Shown here in pieces: positions 18,697-27,892 of a DNA stretch of 54,726 bases; position 1 is the first letter of the stretch; each line of letters begins with the position of its first letter. This DNA is from an uncultured Candidatus Actinomarina sp. (GTDB taxonomy: Bacteria > Actinomycetota > Acidimicrobiia > Actinomarinales > Actinomarinaceae). The notes under the pieces are model-generated. The model saw nothing but the letters and a program-made list of their open reading frames with translations. It was not told the DNA's origin and did not search any database. The position numbers and the translations under genes were made by a program. Location of the stretch: assembly GCA_902627635.1 (NCBI GenBank), contig CACOKA010000003.1, positions 1 to 54,726 of the forward strand, in the 5' to 3' direction.

Positions 18697-19664
18697 AGTT
18701 CACTTGAAACTTCTGTAAATTTATTAATGAATCGCTTTTCTACAGCTCTACTTGTAAACAATAATGCGTTCTTAATAGCTTCAGAGTTTGATGAACCATG
18801 GCCAATAATTACAAGTCCATTAACACCAAGTAAATAAGATCCATTCGTTGAATTTGGATTAAGCATACTTTTTACAGGTGAAATTGCATTTTTTACAGGT
18901 ACTAAAAGAGGTTTGAATAAATTTTCTTTTAAAGATTTTGAAATAAGATCTTGCTGTAACTTTGCAACTCCTTGCAAAGTTTTTAGTACAACATTCCCTG
19001 TAAAACCATCTGTAACAAAAACATCAACTTTTGAATTTGCAAAATCTTTACCTTCAACATTTCCAATAAAATTTAATTGTGATGATTTGAGAAGCTTAAA
19101 TGTAGCTTTTTCTAACTCTCTTCCTTTTGAACTTTCTTCACCGTTGTTGATAAGTCCAATTCTTGGATTTTCGATATCAAATAAAAGTTCAGATAATTTT
19201 GAACCCATGATTGCAAATTGATATAGAACTTTTGGCTTTACTTCTAAGTTTGCCCCTGAATCAACCAGTATTACCTCATTTTCTTTACCTGGTAATACAG
19301 ATGCAATAGTAGGCCTTGTTACACCTTTAATTTTTCCTAATACTGATATTGCACCAATAAGTGTTGCCCCTGTTGAGCCTGCAGAAAATACTGCGTCAGC
19401 TTTTTTTTCCTTTACTAGATTTAATGCTCCAATAATTGATGAATCTTTATTTGATCTTATAGCTTTTGCAGGATCATCATCCATTGATATGACTTGTGGA
19501 TAATTTATTACCGGTATTTTTTCATTACCAAGATAACTTTTGATAAGATTTTCGTCACCTGAAAGAATTACATCGACTCCTTCTTTTTTTGCAAGAATAG
19601 CCCCTTTTACAACTTCTTCAGGTGCAGAGTCACCACCCATTGCATCAACAGCAATCGTACTCAT
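18693..19664 (-). CDS. plsX: Phosphate acyltransferase PlsX
   Basis: IAVDAMGGD, SAGSTGA, DSGAN, GNVEG, VTDGFTGNVVLK, IGHGSS. Confidence 0.96.
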   Translation of the reverse strand: MSTIAVDAMGGDSAPEEVVKGAILAKKEGVDVILSGDENLIKSYLGNEKIPVINYPQVISMDDDPAKAIRSNKDSSIIGALNLVKEKKADAVFSAGSTGATLIGAISVLGKIKGVTRPTIASVLPGKENEVILVDSGANLEVKPKVLYQFAIMGSKLSELLFDIENPRIGLINNGEESSKGRELEKATFKLLKSSQLNFIGNVEGKDFANSKVDVFVTDGFTGNVVLKTLQGVAKLQQDLISKSLKENLFKPLLVPVKNAISPVKSMLNPNSTNGSYLLGVNGLVIIGHGSSNSEAIKNALLFTSRAVEKRFINKFTEVSSEL

Positions 19665-19670
19665 AATTAA

Positions 19671-19853
19671 TTAATTTGATTCAGGGTCTTTTACTTGGCG
19701 ACCATTATAAGTTCCATCAACAGGATTAACCCTATGAGATTGTTTCGCAACACCAGTTTCGGGATCGATTATATAATGCGGTTTTGCAACTTTATGTTGA
19801 GCTTTACGCCTTCTTGTCCTAGATTTTGACATTTTCTTCTTAGGTACTGCCAT
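19671..19853 (-). CDS. rpmF: 50S ribosomal protein L32 (Cys-free, zinc-independent form)
   Basis: MAVPKKKMSKSRTRRR; HRV...GTYNGRQV; no CxxC pairs. Confidence 0.96.
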   Translation of the reverse strand: MAVPKKKMSKSRTRRRKAQHKVAKPHYIIDPETGVAKQSHRVNPVDGTYNGRQVKDPESN

Positions 19854-19870
19854 AGTTATTTCCTTTCAAC

Positions 19871-20371
19871 TTACAAATCTAGCTCACTTAGAGAAGAAAA
19901 TGGACTTTCTTTTATATTTTTTTTCGGATGTTTACAATCAATTAAATTTTGGTTTTTACCACAATCTGAACATAAGCCTTTACAGCTTGATTTACAAATA
20001 TATTGAATTTTCATTTCGTTTAAAATTACTTCAGAAATAACTGGTGACAAATCTATTTTTTCTGAACTAAAGTCAATCTCATAATCATTTTCTTGATTTT
20101 TATAAAAATCTAATTTCAAACTATTTTGCTTGTTAATGTAACTCGTCTCAAGACACCTTGAGCACTCTGACTTAAAATCAAAATCTAAATCCATAATTAT
20201 CCAAAATTTTTCGTACAAACTACTAATTTCTAACTTTAAATTTATAGTTTTATCTTTTAAGGTTTTATTTCCTGCATATTTAATATCAAAAAAACCATGT
20301 ACATCAAATTGAATAGTGTTATCGCTTACCATAAGTGAACTTACATCAAATTGAGTCTGAAGCTTATTCAT
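19871..20371 (-). CDS. yceD: YceD/DUF177 family protein
   Basis: CSRCL, CKSSCKGLCSDCG motifs; directly upstream of rpmF. Confidence 0.88.
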   Translation of the reverse strand: MNKLQTQFDVSSLMVSDNTIQFDVHGFFDIKYAGNKTLKDKTINLKLEISSLYEKFWIIMDLDFDFKSECSRCLETSYINKQNSLKLDFYKNQENDYEIDFSSEKIDLSPVISEVILNEMKIQYICKSSCKGLCSDCGKNQNLIDCKHPKKNIKESPFSSLSELDL

Positions 20372-20376
20372 TTTAA

Positions 20377-20880
20377 TTATTCAGGATCAGAAATTTTTCT
20401 TGGTTGTCTTAAGTTTGCTTTCTCGCGTTCAATAATTTCATTTAATTCATTAATTTTAAATTGAATTTCTTGAAGTTTTGTATCAAGTTTATCCTCGACA
20501 TTGGCTCTATTTAATATTGCTTCTTGCTCAGCTTGTTTTACAAGAGCATTAGCTTCCACAACCGCTTCTTGTAAAACAAAGGATTCTGAGATTAATCTTG
20601 ATGACTCTTTGTCTGCATTTGCAAGTATTTCCTCTGCTTCATCTTTTGCTTTTTTTAAATAAAGCTCTTGTTCTCTGACAATGAATCTAGCAGTTCGAAG
20701 TTCAACAGGCATTAAGTCAATTAAATTTTCAACAAGTTTAAGAAGTTCTTTTTTATTTGATTTATTATTTAGAAAAGAATTTGATGACAAATTTTCTTTT
20801 AGTAACTCAAGCTGATCAACATATTCCATTTTTACTTGACCACTCACAACATCTTCAATAGAAATTTCCCCTTTAGACAT
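20377..20880 (-). CDS. Coiled-coil protein of the coaD-yceD locus (SepIVA/YlmH-neighbour type, ATP synthase b-like repeats)
   Basis: MPVELRTARFIVRE, AKDEAEEILANA helical pattern; conserved position between coaD and DUF177. Confidence 0.65.
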   Translation of the reverse strand: MSKGEISIEDVVSGQVKMEYVDQLELLKENLSSNSFLNNKSNKKELLKLVENLIDLMPVELRTARFIVREQELYLKKAKDEAEEILANADKESSRLISESFVLQEAVVEANALVKQAEQEAILNRANVEDKLDTKLQEIQFKINELNEIIEREKANLRQPRKISDPE

Positions 20881-21337
20881 CTTTAAGTCTTTCAACGACA
20901 ATTGATGGAACTAATGCATTTACGTCACCACCATAAGAAAAAATTTCTTTAACCATCGAACTTGAAACATATCCATATTCAGGAGAAGCAGGGATAAATA
21001 TTGTTTCAAAATCAGCTAAATTAAAATTCATTTGAGCCATTTGAAACTCATAATCAAAATCAGTCATTGCCCTTAAACCTTTAACAATTGCACTTACATT
21101 CATTTGTTTTGCAAAATCTACCAACAATCCTTCAAAACTTTTAATTTCTACATTTTTGTAATCTTTAAGAATTTCTATCAACATACTTTCCCTTTGCTTT
21201 ACATCGAACATTGACTCTTTTTGAGGATTTACTACTACACCAACAATTACATCATCAAAAACGTTAGATGATCGTTTAATTACATCGATATGTCCATTTG
21301 TTGGTGGATCAAAAGATCCTGGTATTAAAATTTTCAT
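20873..21337 (-). CDS. coaD: Phosphopantetheine adenylyltransferase
   Basis: PGSFDPPTNGH, KGLRAMTDFDYEFQMA, VSSSMVKE. Confidence 0.97.
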   Translation of the reverse strand: MKILIPGSFDPPTNGHIDVIKRSSNVFDDVIVGVVVNPQKESMFDVKQRESMLIEILKDYKNVEIKSFEGLLVDFAKQMNVSAIVKGLRAMTDFDYEFQMAQMNFNLADFETIFIPASPEYGYVSSSMVKEIFSYGGDVNALVPSIVVERLKDV

Positions 21338-21867
21338 TTCTTCAATATAGTTATATTACTTTGGCCGTATTTTTTTTCCTTATATAATTCTAGTCCTTCT
21401 GGATAAACAAATTGCACTGAACTTTTATGTCTATGAATAATAAGTTTTGAGTTTTCTGACATTAAATTATGAATAGTATTCAAATCCGAATTTATTTCAT
21501 TAACTATCAAAGAGTACGGAGGATCATAAAAGATAATATCAAATTTTTTTTCAGACTGGGTTATGTAATCGCTAACACTTAAAACAAGAACGGTATAGTT
21601 TTGATCAATATTAGAGAGATTTTTATCTATAATTTTTTTACAATCTGTTGAAGTATCAACAAAAGTAACAAAGCTTGCACCACGGCTTAATGCTTCAATC
21701 CCAAGAGACCCAGAACCTGCAAATAAATCAAGTACTAAAGAATCGTCAAAGTCATTCTGAAGTGAATTGAATATACCCTCTCGAGCCCTACTCATCATTG
21801 GTCGTGTTGATGCATCATTGATAGTTTTTATATTCAAACCTTTAAATTTTCCGGCAATAATTCTCAT
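21334..21867 (-). CDS. rsmD: 16S rRNA m2G966 methyltransferase
   Basis: MRIIAG, TRP, LDLFAGSGSLGIEALSRGA, DPPY. Confidence 0.95.
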   Translation of the reverse strand: MRIIAGKFKGLNIKTINDASTRPMMSRAREGIFNSLQNDFDDSLVLDLFAGSGSLGIEALSRGASFVTFVDTSTDCKKIIDKNLSNIDQNYTVLVLSVSDYITQSEKKFDIIFYDPPYSLIVNEINSDLNTIHNLMSENSKLIIHRHKSSVQFVYPEGLELYKEKKYGQSNITILKK

Positions 21868-23957
21868 GTAGAATCTTTTGTCTTTCCAAAGTTAGGAAAT
21901 AATAAGTTTGCTTCTGCATAAAGATCTGATTTAATTTTTTCATCCTCTATTTTTGAAAAATATTCTTTTGACGTTTCAAGTATTTCATAATCAGTTCGTA
22001 AATTAGCTATCTTAAGATCTGACAGTCCAGATTGAGATGTACCAGTAACCTTGCCCTCACCTCGTATTTGTAAATCTAATTCAGACAATTTAAAACCATC
22101 ATCGTTTTGTTCTATAGCATTTAATCTATCCTGTCCATCTTTAGTAATCTTTGAAAAACTTTTTCCTTCTGTGATATGAAATATACATTCAGATTGTTTA
22201 TCTCCTCTACCTACTCTTCCCCTAAGTTGATGTAATTGATTTAAACCAAATCTTTCAGCACTTTCAATTATCATCAAGGTTGCATTTGTAATGTCTATAC
22301 CAACTTCAATAACAACTGTAGAGACCATAATGTCAATTTCCCCGTTTTTCATTTTTAACATTTTATTTTCTTTTTCATCAGCCTTCATTTTTCCGTGTAG
22401 TAATTCGACATTATATTTATCGAATTCAGACTTATATAACTCATAAACTTCTTCGGCAGCTTTTATATCACTATTTTCACTCTCTTCTATATATGGACAA
22501 ACAACAAAAATTTGTGAATTTTTATCTAGATGGTCACGTGCAATAGTATAAACTTCATTGCTTTCACGCTTTCCTCCAGAGAGAACTTTTGAATTAATTT
22601 TTTTTCTTCCTGGTGGCATCTCATCAATAATTGATAGTTCTAAATCGCCGTATATTGCAAGTGCGGTAGTTCTTGGGATTGGAGTTGCAGTCATAACTAA
22701 TTGATGGGGTGTTAAACCTTCACTTATCGTTAATTTTTTTCTTTGCTCTACTCCAAATCTTTGTTGTTCATCAATAATTGCCAATCCTAAATTGTTAAAT
22801 TTAATATTTTCTTGTATTAATGCATGGGTACCAATAATCAGCGATGGATCACCATTTTCGATTACTTTCATTACACTTTTTCTGTCCTTGACAGAAGATG
22901 TCAGAATATGCATATCAATATCAAAAAAATCAAGATACTTTTCAAATGAATTTAGATGCTGTTCTGCCAAAACTTCAGTTGGGGCCATTAATGCAACCTG
23001 CTTTCCGTTTTTAATTGCAGCATATACACCAGCTGCAGCAACAATAGTTTTACCAGATCCAACATCACCTTGCAGTAATCTTTTCATCGGGAAATTCCTA
23101 CTAAGATCCTCAAAAATTTCTTTAATGCAGCTTTTTTGTGAATTGGTAAGTGAAAATGGTATTTTTAATTCAAAACTCTCTAATAAGGAATTTTCGATTT
23201 TTATTGAATCAGATTTTTGTTCTGTATTAAAAATCTCTTTGGAATGACTAAATAGACTTTGCAAATATATAAACTCATCGAAAGCAAGACGTTTTTTAGC
23301 AAATTCGTATTCCTCAAAACTTTCAGGAAAATGGATTTTCTGATAACTTTCTAATCTCGAATAAAGAGAGAATTTATTTCTATCTTTATCAGAGATAATA
23401 TCTCTTAACTCTGGAATTCTTTCCAAAGCTTGTTTAATACCACTTCTCAATACTTTATTTGGTACACCATCAATTTTTGGATAAAAAGAAATGAAAGAAC
23501 CTGTTTCTGAAAGATCCTGCTCTGATGAAAAAGATTCAATTACTGGATTCTTAAATTCTACGGTTCCTGTTTTTTTGACATCAGGAAATCCTGCAACTGC
23601 AACAATATCATCTTTTTTAAATCTACTTTCAATGTATTGTGGACCAAACCATTTTGCCCTTGCAATTCCGGTATCATCCTTAATTGTTAAAGTTGTAATT
23701 CTAAGTCTTGTTTTTGTTGTGAAAACTGAAACATCCGTAATTTTTCCAAATATGGTTATCTCTTTTTCAATATTTGACGGAACTTCACTCAAGTTCATAA
23801 TTTTTGATCTATCGTAATGTTTTCTTGGAAATATTCTAATTAAATCTGTAACTGAATTAATTCCATGCTTTTTCAGAGAATTAATTCTTTTTTCACCGAA
23901 ACCTTTCAATTCAGAAACTGAAATTTCACTTAAATAATTTAAACTTCTCTCAACCAC
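21864..23957 (-). CDS. recG: ATP-dependent DNA helicase RecG
   Basis: RLLQGDVGSGKT, MAPTEVLAEQH, IDEQQRFGVEQR, MTATPIPRT, QLHQLRGRVGRG, DLQIRGEG; start taken at GTG 23957 (uncertain). Confidence 0.97.
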   Translation of the reverse strand: MVERSLNYLSEISVSELKGFGEKRINSLKKHGINSVTDLIRIFPRKHYDRSKIMNLSEVPSNIEKEITIFGKITDVSVFTTKTRLRITTLTIKDDTGIARAKWFGPQYIESRFKKDDIVAVAGFPDVKKTGTVEFKNPVIESFSSEQDLSETGSFISFYPKIDGVPNKVLRSGIKQALERIPELRDIISDKDRNKFSLYSRLESYQKIHFPESFEEYEFAKKRLAFDEFIYLQSLFSHSKEIFNTEQKSDSIKIENSLLESFELKIPFSLTNSQKSCIKEIFEDLSRNFPMKRLLQGDVGSGKTIVAAAGVYAAIKNGKQVALMAPTEVLAEQHLNSFEKYLDFFDIDMHILTSSVKDRKSVMKVIENGDPSLIIGTHALIQENIKFNNLGLAIIDEQQRFGVEQRKKLTISEGLTPHQLVMTATPIPRTTALAIYGDLELSIIDEMPPGRKKINSKVLSGGKRESNEVYTIARDHLDKNSQIFVVCPYIEESENSDIKAAEEVYELYKSEFDKYNVELLHGKMKADEKENKMLKMKNGEIDIMVSTVVIEVGIDITNATLMIIESAERFGLNQLHQLRGRVGRGDKQSECIFHITEGKSFSKITKDGQDRLNAIEQNDDGFKLSELDLQIRGEGKVTGTSQSGLSDLKIANLRTDYEILETSKEYFSKIEDEKIKSDLYAEANLLFPNFGKTKDST

Positions 23958-24047
23958 AATCAAACAATACCTAAAAAGATTTAAAATCAAAGTACCTAAT
24001 AATTAATAGACAAGTTATAGTTATACTTGTATTTTAGAGGGAATTTT

Positions 24048-24284
24048 ATGGCTAACAGATGTCAAGTAACAGGAAGGGTACCGAGATCAGGAAAACATGT
24101 TTCCTTTTCTCACAAAAGAAATCCACGTTGGTTTAAGCCAAACATTCAAACCAAAAAGTATTGGCTACCTAGTGAAAAGAGATGGATAAAGCTCAAAGTT
24201 AGCACCAAAGGTAATAAAATAATTGATAAGCGTGGTATCGAATCTGTTGTAAGAGATATTAGACAAAGAGGCGAAAAAGTTTAA
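24048..24284 (+). CDS. rpmB: 50S ribosomal protein L28 (long, zinc-independent type)
   Basis: CQVTG, GKHVSFSH, FKPNIQ, LKVSTKG; SD GAGGG upstream of ATG 24048. Confidence 0.96.
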   Translation: MANRCQVTGRVPRSGKHVSFSHKRNPRWFKPNIQTKKYWLPSEKRWIKLKVSTKGNKIIDKRGIESVVRDIRQRGEKV

Positions 24285-24499
24285 TGGCTCAAGGGGTTGT
24301 AAAGTCGTACGATCCTAATTCAGGAAACGGTATCGTAGTTTTAGATGATAATAAAACAGAGGTTTATCTAAAATCTGGTTCATTAAAAGGATCTATATTT
24401 AGAACTTTGAGACAAGGTCAAAGAATTAACTTTGATATTGTCGAAGAGGAAGATATAAAAACTATTTCAAATGTCAAAATTGGCCAAGGTGGCTACTAA
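24284..24499 (+). CDS. Cold-shock-domain (OB-fold) protein
   Basis: QGVVKSYDPNSGNG, LRQGQRINFDI pattern; degenerate RNP motifs. Confidence 0.75.
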   Translation: MAQGVVKSYDPNSGNGIVVLDDNKTEVYLKSGSLKGSIFRTLRQGQRINFDIVEEEDIKTISNVKIGQGGY

Positions 24500-24505
24500 A
24501 TTTAA

Positions 24506-25702
24506 ATGCCTGAAATAAATTTAAAATATAGCAACAAAGAAATAATTGATAACTTCTTTGAAAACTTAACTTGTGACGAATATCAAGAATCTATTTTTAA
24601 AGGTGGTCAATCATATGCTGATCATGCTTTAAACAACCTGGATATAAATGGTTATGCAAAGAAACGAAATAATGTATACCCAAGCGAAAAAAGAGGTTCC
24701 TCTTATTTATCTCCATACATAAGACATGGACTATTAGGTTTAAAAGAAGTTTGGGATTATGTTGAGAACTTTGATTATCAAGATAGAAATAAATTCAGAG
24801 ATGAACTTTTATGGCAGGAATTTTCGAGACATTTATACGCAATAATTGGAAGAAAAAATAAAGAATTTTTAAATTTTTACATTAAAAATGATCCTGGTGA
24901 AATAGTTCAGAATCAGAAAATGAATTGTATTTCTACAATAGAGAATGAGCTTGAATCAACAGGTTACATGGTTAATCAAACAAGAATGTGGTATTCATCT
25001 CATCAAATGTTCAGAACAAGTAACCAGTGGCAAGAATCAGAGGATTATATGTATAAACACCTTGTAGATGGTTCCAGATTTGCTAATAGACTTGGCTGGC
25101 ATTGGGTAATGGGATCACAAACGGGCAAAATTTATGGATTTTCAAAATTCCAAGTAAAAAAAAGAGCACCAAAAATATGTAACGAATGCCAATTACAAAA
25201 TGAATGTCCAATTGAAGACTGGCCAAAGGTTATGAGCATATCAAACAAAGATATAGAAATAGATTTAAATATAGAAAACAACTTCGGGCCACAAACAATA
25301 TTAACTTCAAATGAAAAACCACATTATGTTTGGATCAACGGAGAATCACTAGGAGATGAGGATCCAGCACTTAGTCACTTTTCAGAACTTCCAGTCATAT
25401 TTATATTCGACAAGGGCCTATTAAAAAATCTAAATTTATCTACTAAAAGAATTAACTTTTTATTAGATACTCTAAAAGAGATAAATGAGAAGCGAGAGCT
25501 GACAGTATATTTAGACAACCCAGAAAATGTATTAATGAAAAAAAAGTATGCGTCCACTTTTGCTCCCGTACCAAAATATAAGAAGATTACTAAAAATGCA
25601 AAACCAACTGTAGAGTTCCCAGCAAAAAGATTGATTGCTCCAATAAATTTTTATCCTCGAAGTTTCTCTGCATGGAGAAAAAAAACAAAAATGGCGTTAT
25701 GA
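24506..25702 (+). CDS. DNA photolyase with inverted domain order (NewPHL-like), probable [4Fe-4S] cluster
   Basis: FAD-binding helical domain first (SYLSPYIRHG, DELLWQEF, GYMVNQTRMW, LVDGSRFANRLGWHW), alpha/beta antenna domain last (VWINGESLGDEDPAL..PVIFIFD..RINFLLDTL..SFSAW); Cys in MNC and CNECQLQNEC; 398 aa. Confidence 0.85.
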   Translation: MPEINLKYSNKEIIDNFFENLTCDEYQESIFKGGQSYADHALNNLDINGYAKKRNNVYPSEKRGSSYLSPYIRHGLLGLKEVWDYVENFDYQDRNKFRDELLWQEFSRHLYAIIGRKNKEFLNFYIKNDPGEIVQNQKMNCISTIENELESTGYMVNQTRMWYSSHQMFRTSNQWQESEDYMYKHLVDGSRFANRLGWHWVMGSQTGKIYGFSKFQVKKRAPKICNECQLQNECPIEDWPKVMSISNKDIEIDLNIENNFGPQTILTSNEKPHYVWINGESLGDEDPALSHFSELPVIFIFDKGLLKNLNLSTKRINFLLDTLKEINEKRELTVYLDNPENVLMKKKYASTFAPVPKYKKITKNAKPTVEFPAKRLIAPINFYPRSFSAWRKKTKMAL

Positions 25703-26121
25703 GAAGAAAAATAATATTTTTTATACTTTTTTTACACAATTACATATACATCTATTCCAAAGGTCGATTTGGAAAAACAATATCTGATAGACCATGTTTA
25801 ATTCTTGAAAGTGTTGGTGGGAAGACTGGAAAATTACGAAAAAACGTTCTTGTGTACCTTAGAGAGAAAGATAACATTTGTGTAGTAGCTTCTAAAGGTG
25901 GTAATCCAAAGAATCCAGGATGGTATCACAATCTTAAAAACAATCCAGATGCAACAATCCAAATAGGTAGAGAGAGATTTGATGTTACCGCTACAGAAAT
26001 CTTTGAACTTGAGAGAATTGAGTGGTGGAAAAAAATGGACTATATGAATAATGGCATATATGATCAATACCAAGGTAGAACAAGTAGAAAAATTCCAGTT
26101 ATGTTACTCAAAGTAACTTAG
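25699..26121 (+). CDS. Deazaflavin (F420)-dependent oxidoreductase, Ddn/FDOR-A family
   Basis: GGKTGKLR, VVASKGGNPKNPGWYHNLKNNP, YQGRTSRKIPV; ATGA overlap with the photolyase stop. Confidence 0.9.
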   Translation: MRRKIIFFILFLHNYIYIYSKGRFGKTISDRPCLILESVGGKTGKLRKNVLVYLREKDNICVVASKGGNPKNPGWYHNLKNNPDATIQIGRERFDVTATEIFELERIEWWKKMDYMNNGIYDQYQGRTSRKIPVMLLKVT

Positions 26122-26174
26122 TCACAATTTGCGCCTAAGTCGATTTTGTAATTTATTTTAAAAAAAGTCAAAGA

Positions 26175-26807
26175 TTAAAGCTTTTCTAATAAGGATTTAA
26201 TTTCTGTAGGGTTTAAATTATCGACAATTAAATCTGCATTTGAAAGATGTTCAGGGCTAAATATACCTCTATTCACAGCAATGACAAAATTATTAGATTC
26301 TTTTCCAGACAAGATGCCAGTTGGACTATCTTCAATAATAATATTTTTAGATGTACCTAGCTGTTCAATTGCTTTTAAATATATATCAGGATTAGGTTTA
26401 TTTTTCTGCACTTCATTTCCACCAATAACAAAATCAAAATAGCTAATTATTTTTGCATCTTGTAATTTAAAATTAAGAACCTCTTTTGGAGATGCTGAAA
26501 CACAAGCTTGTGGAATATTTCCATGAAAATCTTTTAAACAATCTAAGGAATCTTTAAAGAGTATCTTTTCAGAAAACTCTACTCTCATTATTTTATGAAG
26601 CTCATCCATGGTTGATTCGAAATTGTCTAATTTAACGATCTTGGAAAATTCAGCATGTACGATTCTGTCATCAATCCCAACAAATTGATCAAACTCTTCA
26701 ATTGGTAGCTCTAATCCTTTCGAAGATAAAAAATCCTTCCATGCATAAGCATATGATTTTTCTGTGTCCATAATTGTTCCATCACAATCCCAATAAATTC
26801 CATACAT
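26175..26807 (-). CDS. HAD-superfamily phosphatase (beta-PGM/CbbY-like)
   Basis: WDCDGT, KPNPDIY, IEDSPTG. Confidence 0.9.
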   Translation of the reverse strand: MYGIYWDCDGTIMDTEKSYAYAWKDFLSSKGLELPIEEFDQFVGIDDRIVHAEFSKIVKLDNFESTMDELHKIMRVEFSEKILFKDSLDCLKDFHGNIPQACVSASPKEVLNFKLQDAKIISYFDFVIGGNEVQKNKPNPDIYLKAIEQLGTSKNIIIEDSPTGILSGKESNNFVIAVNRGIFSPEHLSNADLIVDNLNPTEIKSLLEKL

Positions 26808-26810
26808 AAT

Positions 26811-27887
26811 TTATCCAAGCTTTGATGCAATGTCTTTTGCACTTTTCAATGCAATTCCATCGGATCCAGTAAGTGACCAGTTATTGAATTGATTGGACAA
26901 TGCCTCATCAATCATAGAATCTAAAAGTTCAAATTTTGAACTATTAAGATTTTTCCACAAGTAAAGAGCATGGCTTCCAGGAATTGTGTTAATTTCATTT
27001 ACATATAATTTATTCTCATGAAGTAAAAAATCATATCTGTATATTCCACGTGTCGGAATTATATGATTTATTTTTTGAACCATGTCTATCAATTTTTTTT
27101 CTATTTGTTCACTAAGTTTCGCCGGTAATTCTCTTTTTGAACCCTCTAGTCCCCCATTTTCCAAATATTTGTCATTGTACGAAAATAGTGTTTCATTTTT
27201 AAGTGGTTTTTCTATCTCAGATATATCAAAATCTGGAAAGTTTCTAACACCAATGAGTAAATCTGTTGAATTTTCTAAATACTTTTCAATCACAGCCCCT
27301 TGTGAATATAAATCTGAATTTTTTATTAGTTTCTGTGCTGTTATTACATCATTTATTATCTCAACTCCAATAGAAGAACCACCAAAACGTGGTTTTAATA
27401 CAAAATTTTCTTCGATATTTATTTCATCAGTATTTATTAATTGTTTTTCGATCACTGGTAGGTCATTTTCTTTCATTAGAGTGTAAAAGGCATATTTATC
27501 CATACAAATTTGGGCAGAAACTTGGTCTGGACCAGTATATTTTATACCAAATATATTTAGTAATGACTGTAATGAGCCATCCTCTCCAGGTCCACCATGA
27601 CAAGCATTGACTATCACATCAAAATCTAATTTTTTTCTTTTTTGATAAAATCCTGGATCTTCGTTAAATTTCATCTCAAGTTTGTTTTTATATATTTTTT
27701 TATTATTTAAAAAATCTACAGATTCATATTCATTATTAACTAAATACCATTTATTATCTTTCGACCAATATAAAGCTACAACCTCATACTTTTTTGATAA
27801 AATTCGGACACTTTGTAATCCAGTAAGAATAGAAATATCGTGTTCGGGGGAAGGTCCACCAAATATGACACCAATTGTTTTACTCAT
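26811..27887 (-). CDS. ddl: D-alanine--D-alanine ligase family
   Basis: FGGPSPEHDISI, HGGPGEDG, CMDK, KPRFGGSSIGV, KY, NEINTIPG. Confidence 0.88.
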   Translation of the reverse strand: MSKTIGVIFGGPSPEHDISILTGLQSVRILSKKYEVVALYWSKDNKWYLVNNEYESVDFLNNKKIYKNKLEMKFNEDPGFYQKRKKLDFDVIVNACHGGPGEDGSLQSLLNIFGIKYTGPDQVSAQICMDKYAFYTLMKENDLPVIEKQLINTDEINIEENFVLKPRFGGSSIGVEIINDVITAQKLIKNSDLYSQGAVIEKYLENSTDLLIGVRNFPDFDISEIEKPLKNETLFSYNDKYLENGGLEGSKRELPAKLSEQIEKKLIDMVQKINHIIPTRGIYRYDFLLHENKLYVNEINTIPGSHALYLWKNLNSSKFELLDSMIDEALSNQFNNWSLTGSDGIALKSAKDIASKLG

Positions 27888-27892
27888 TTTAT

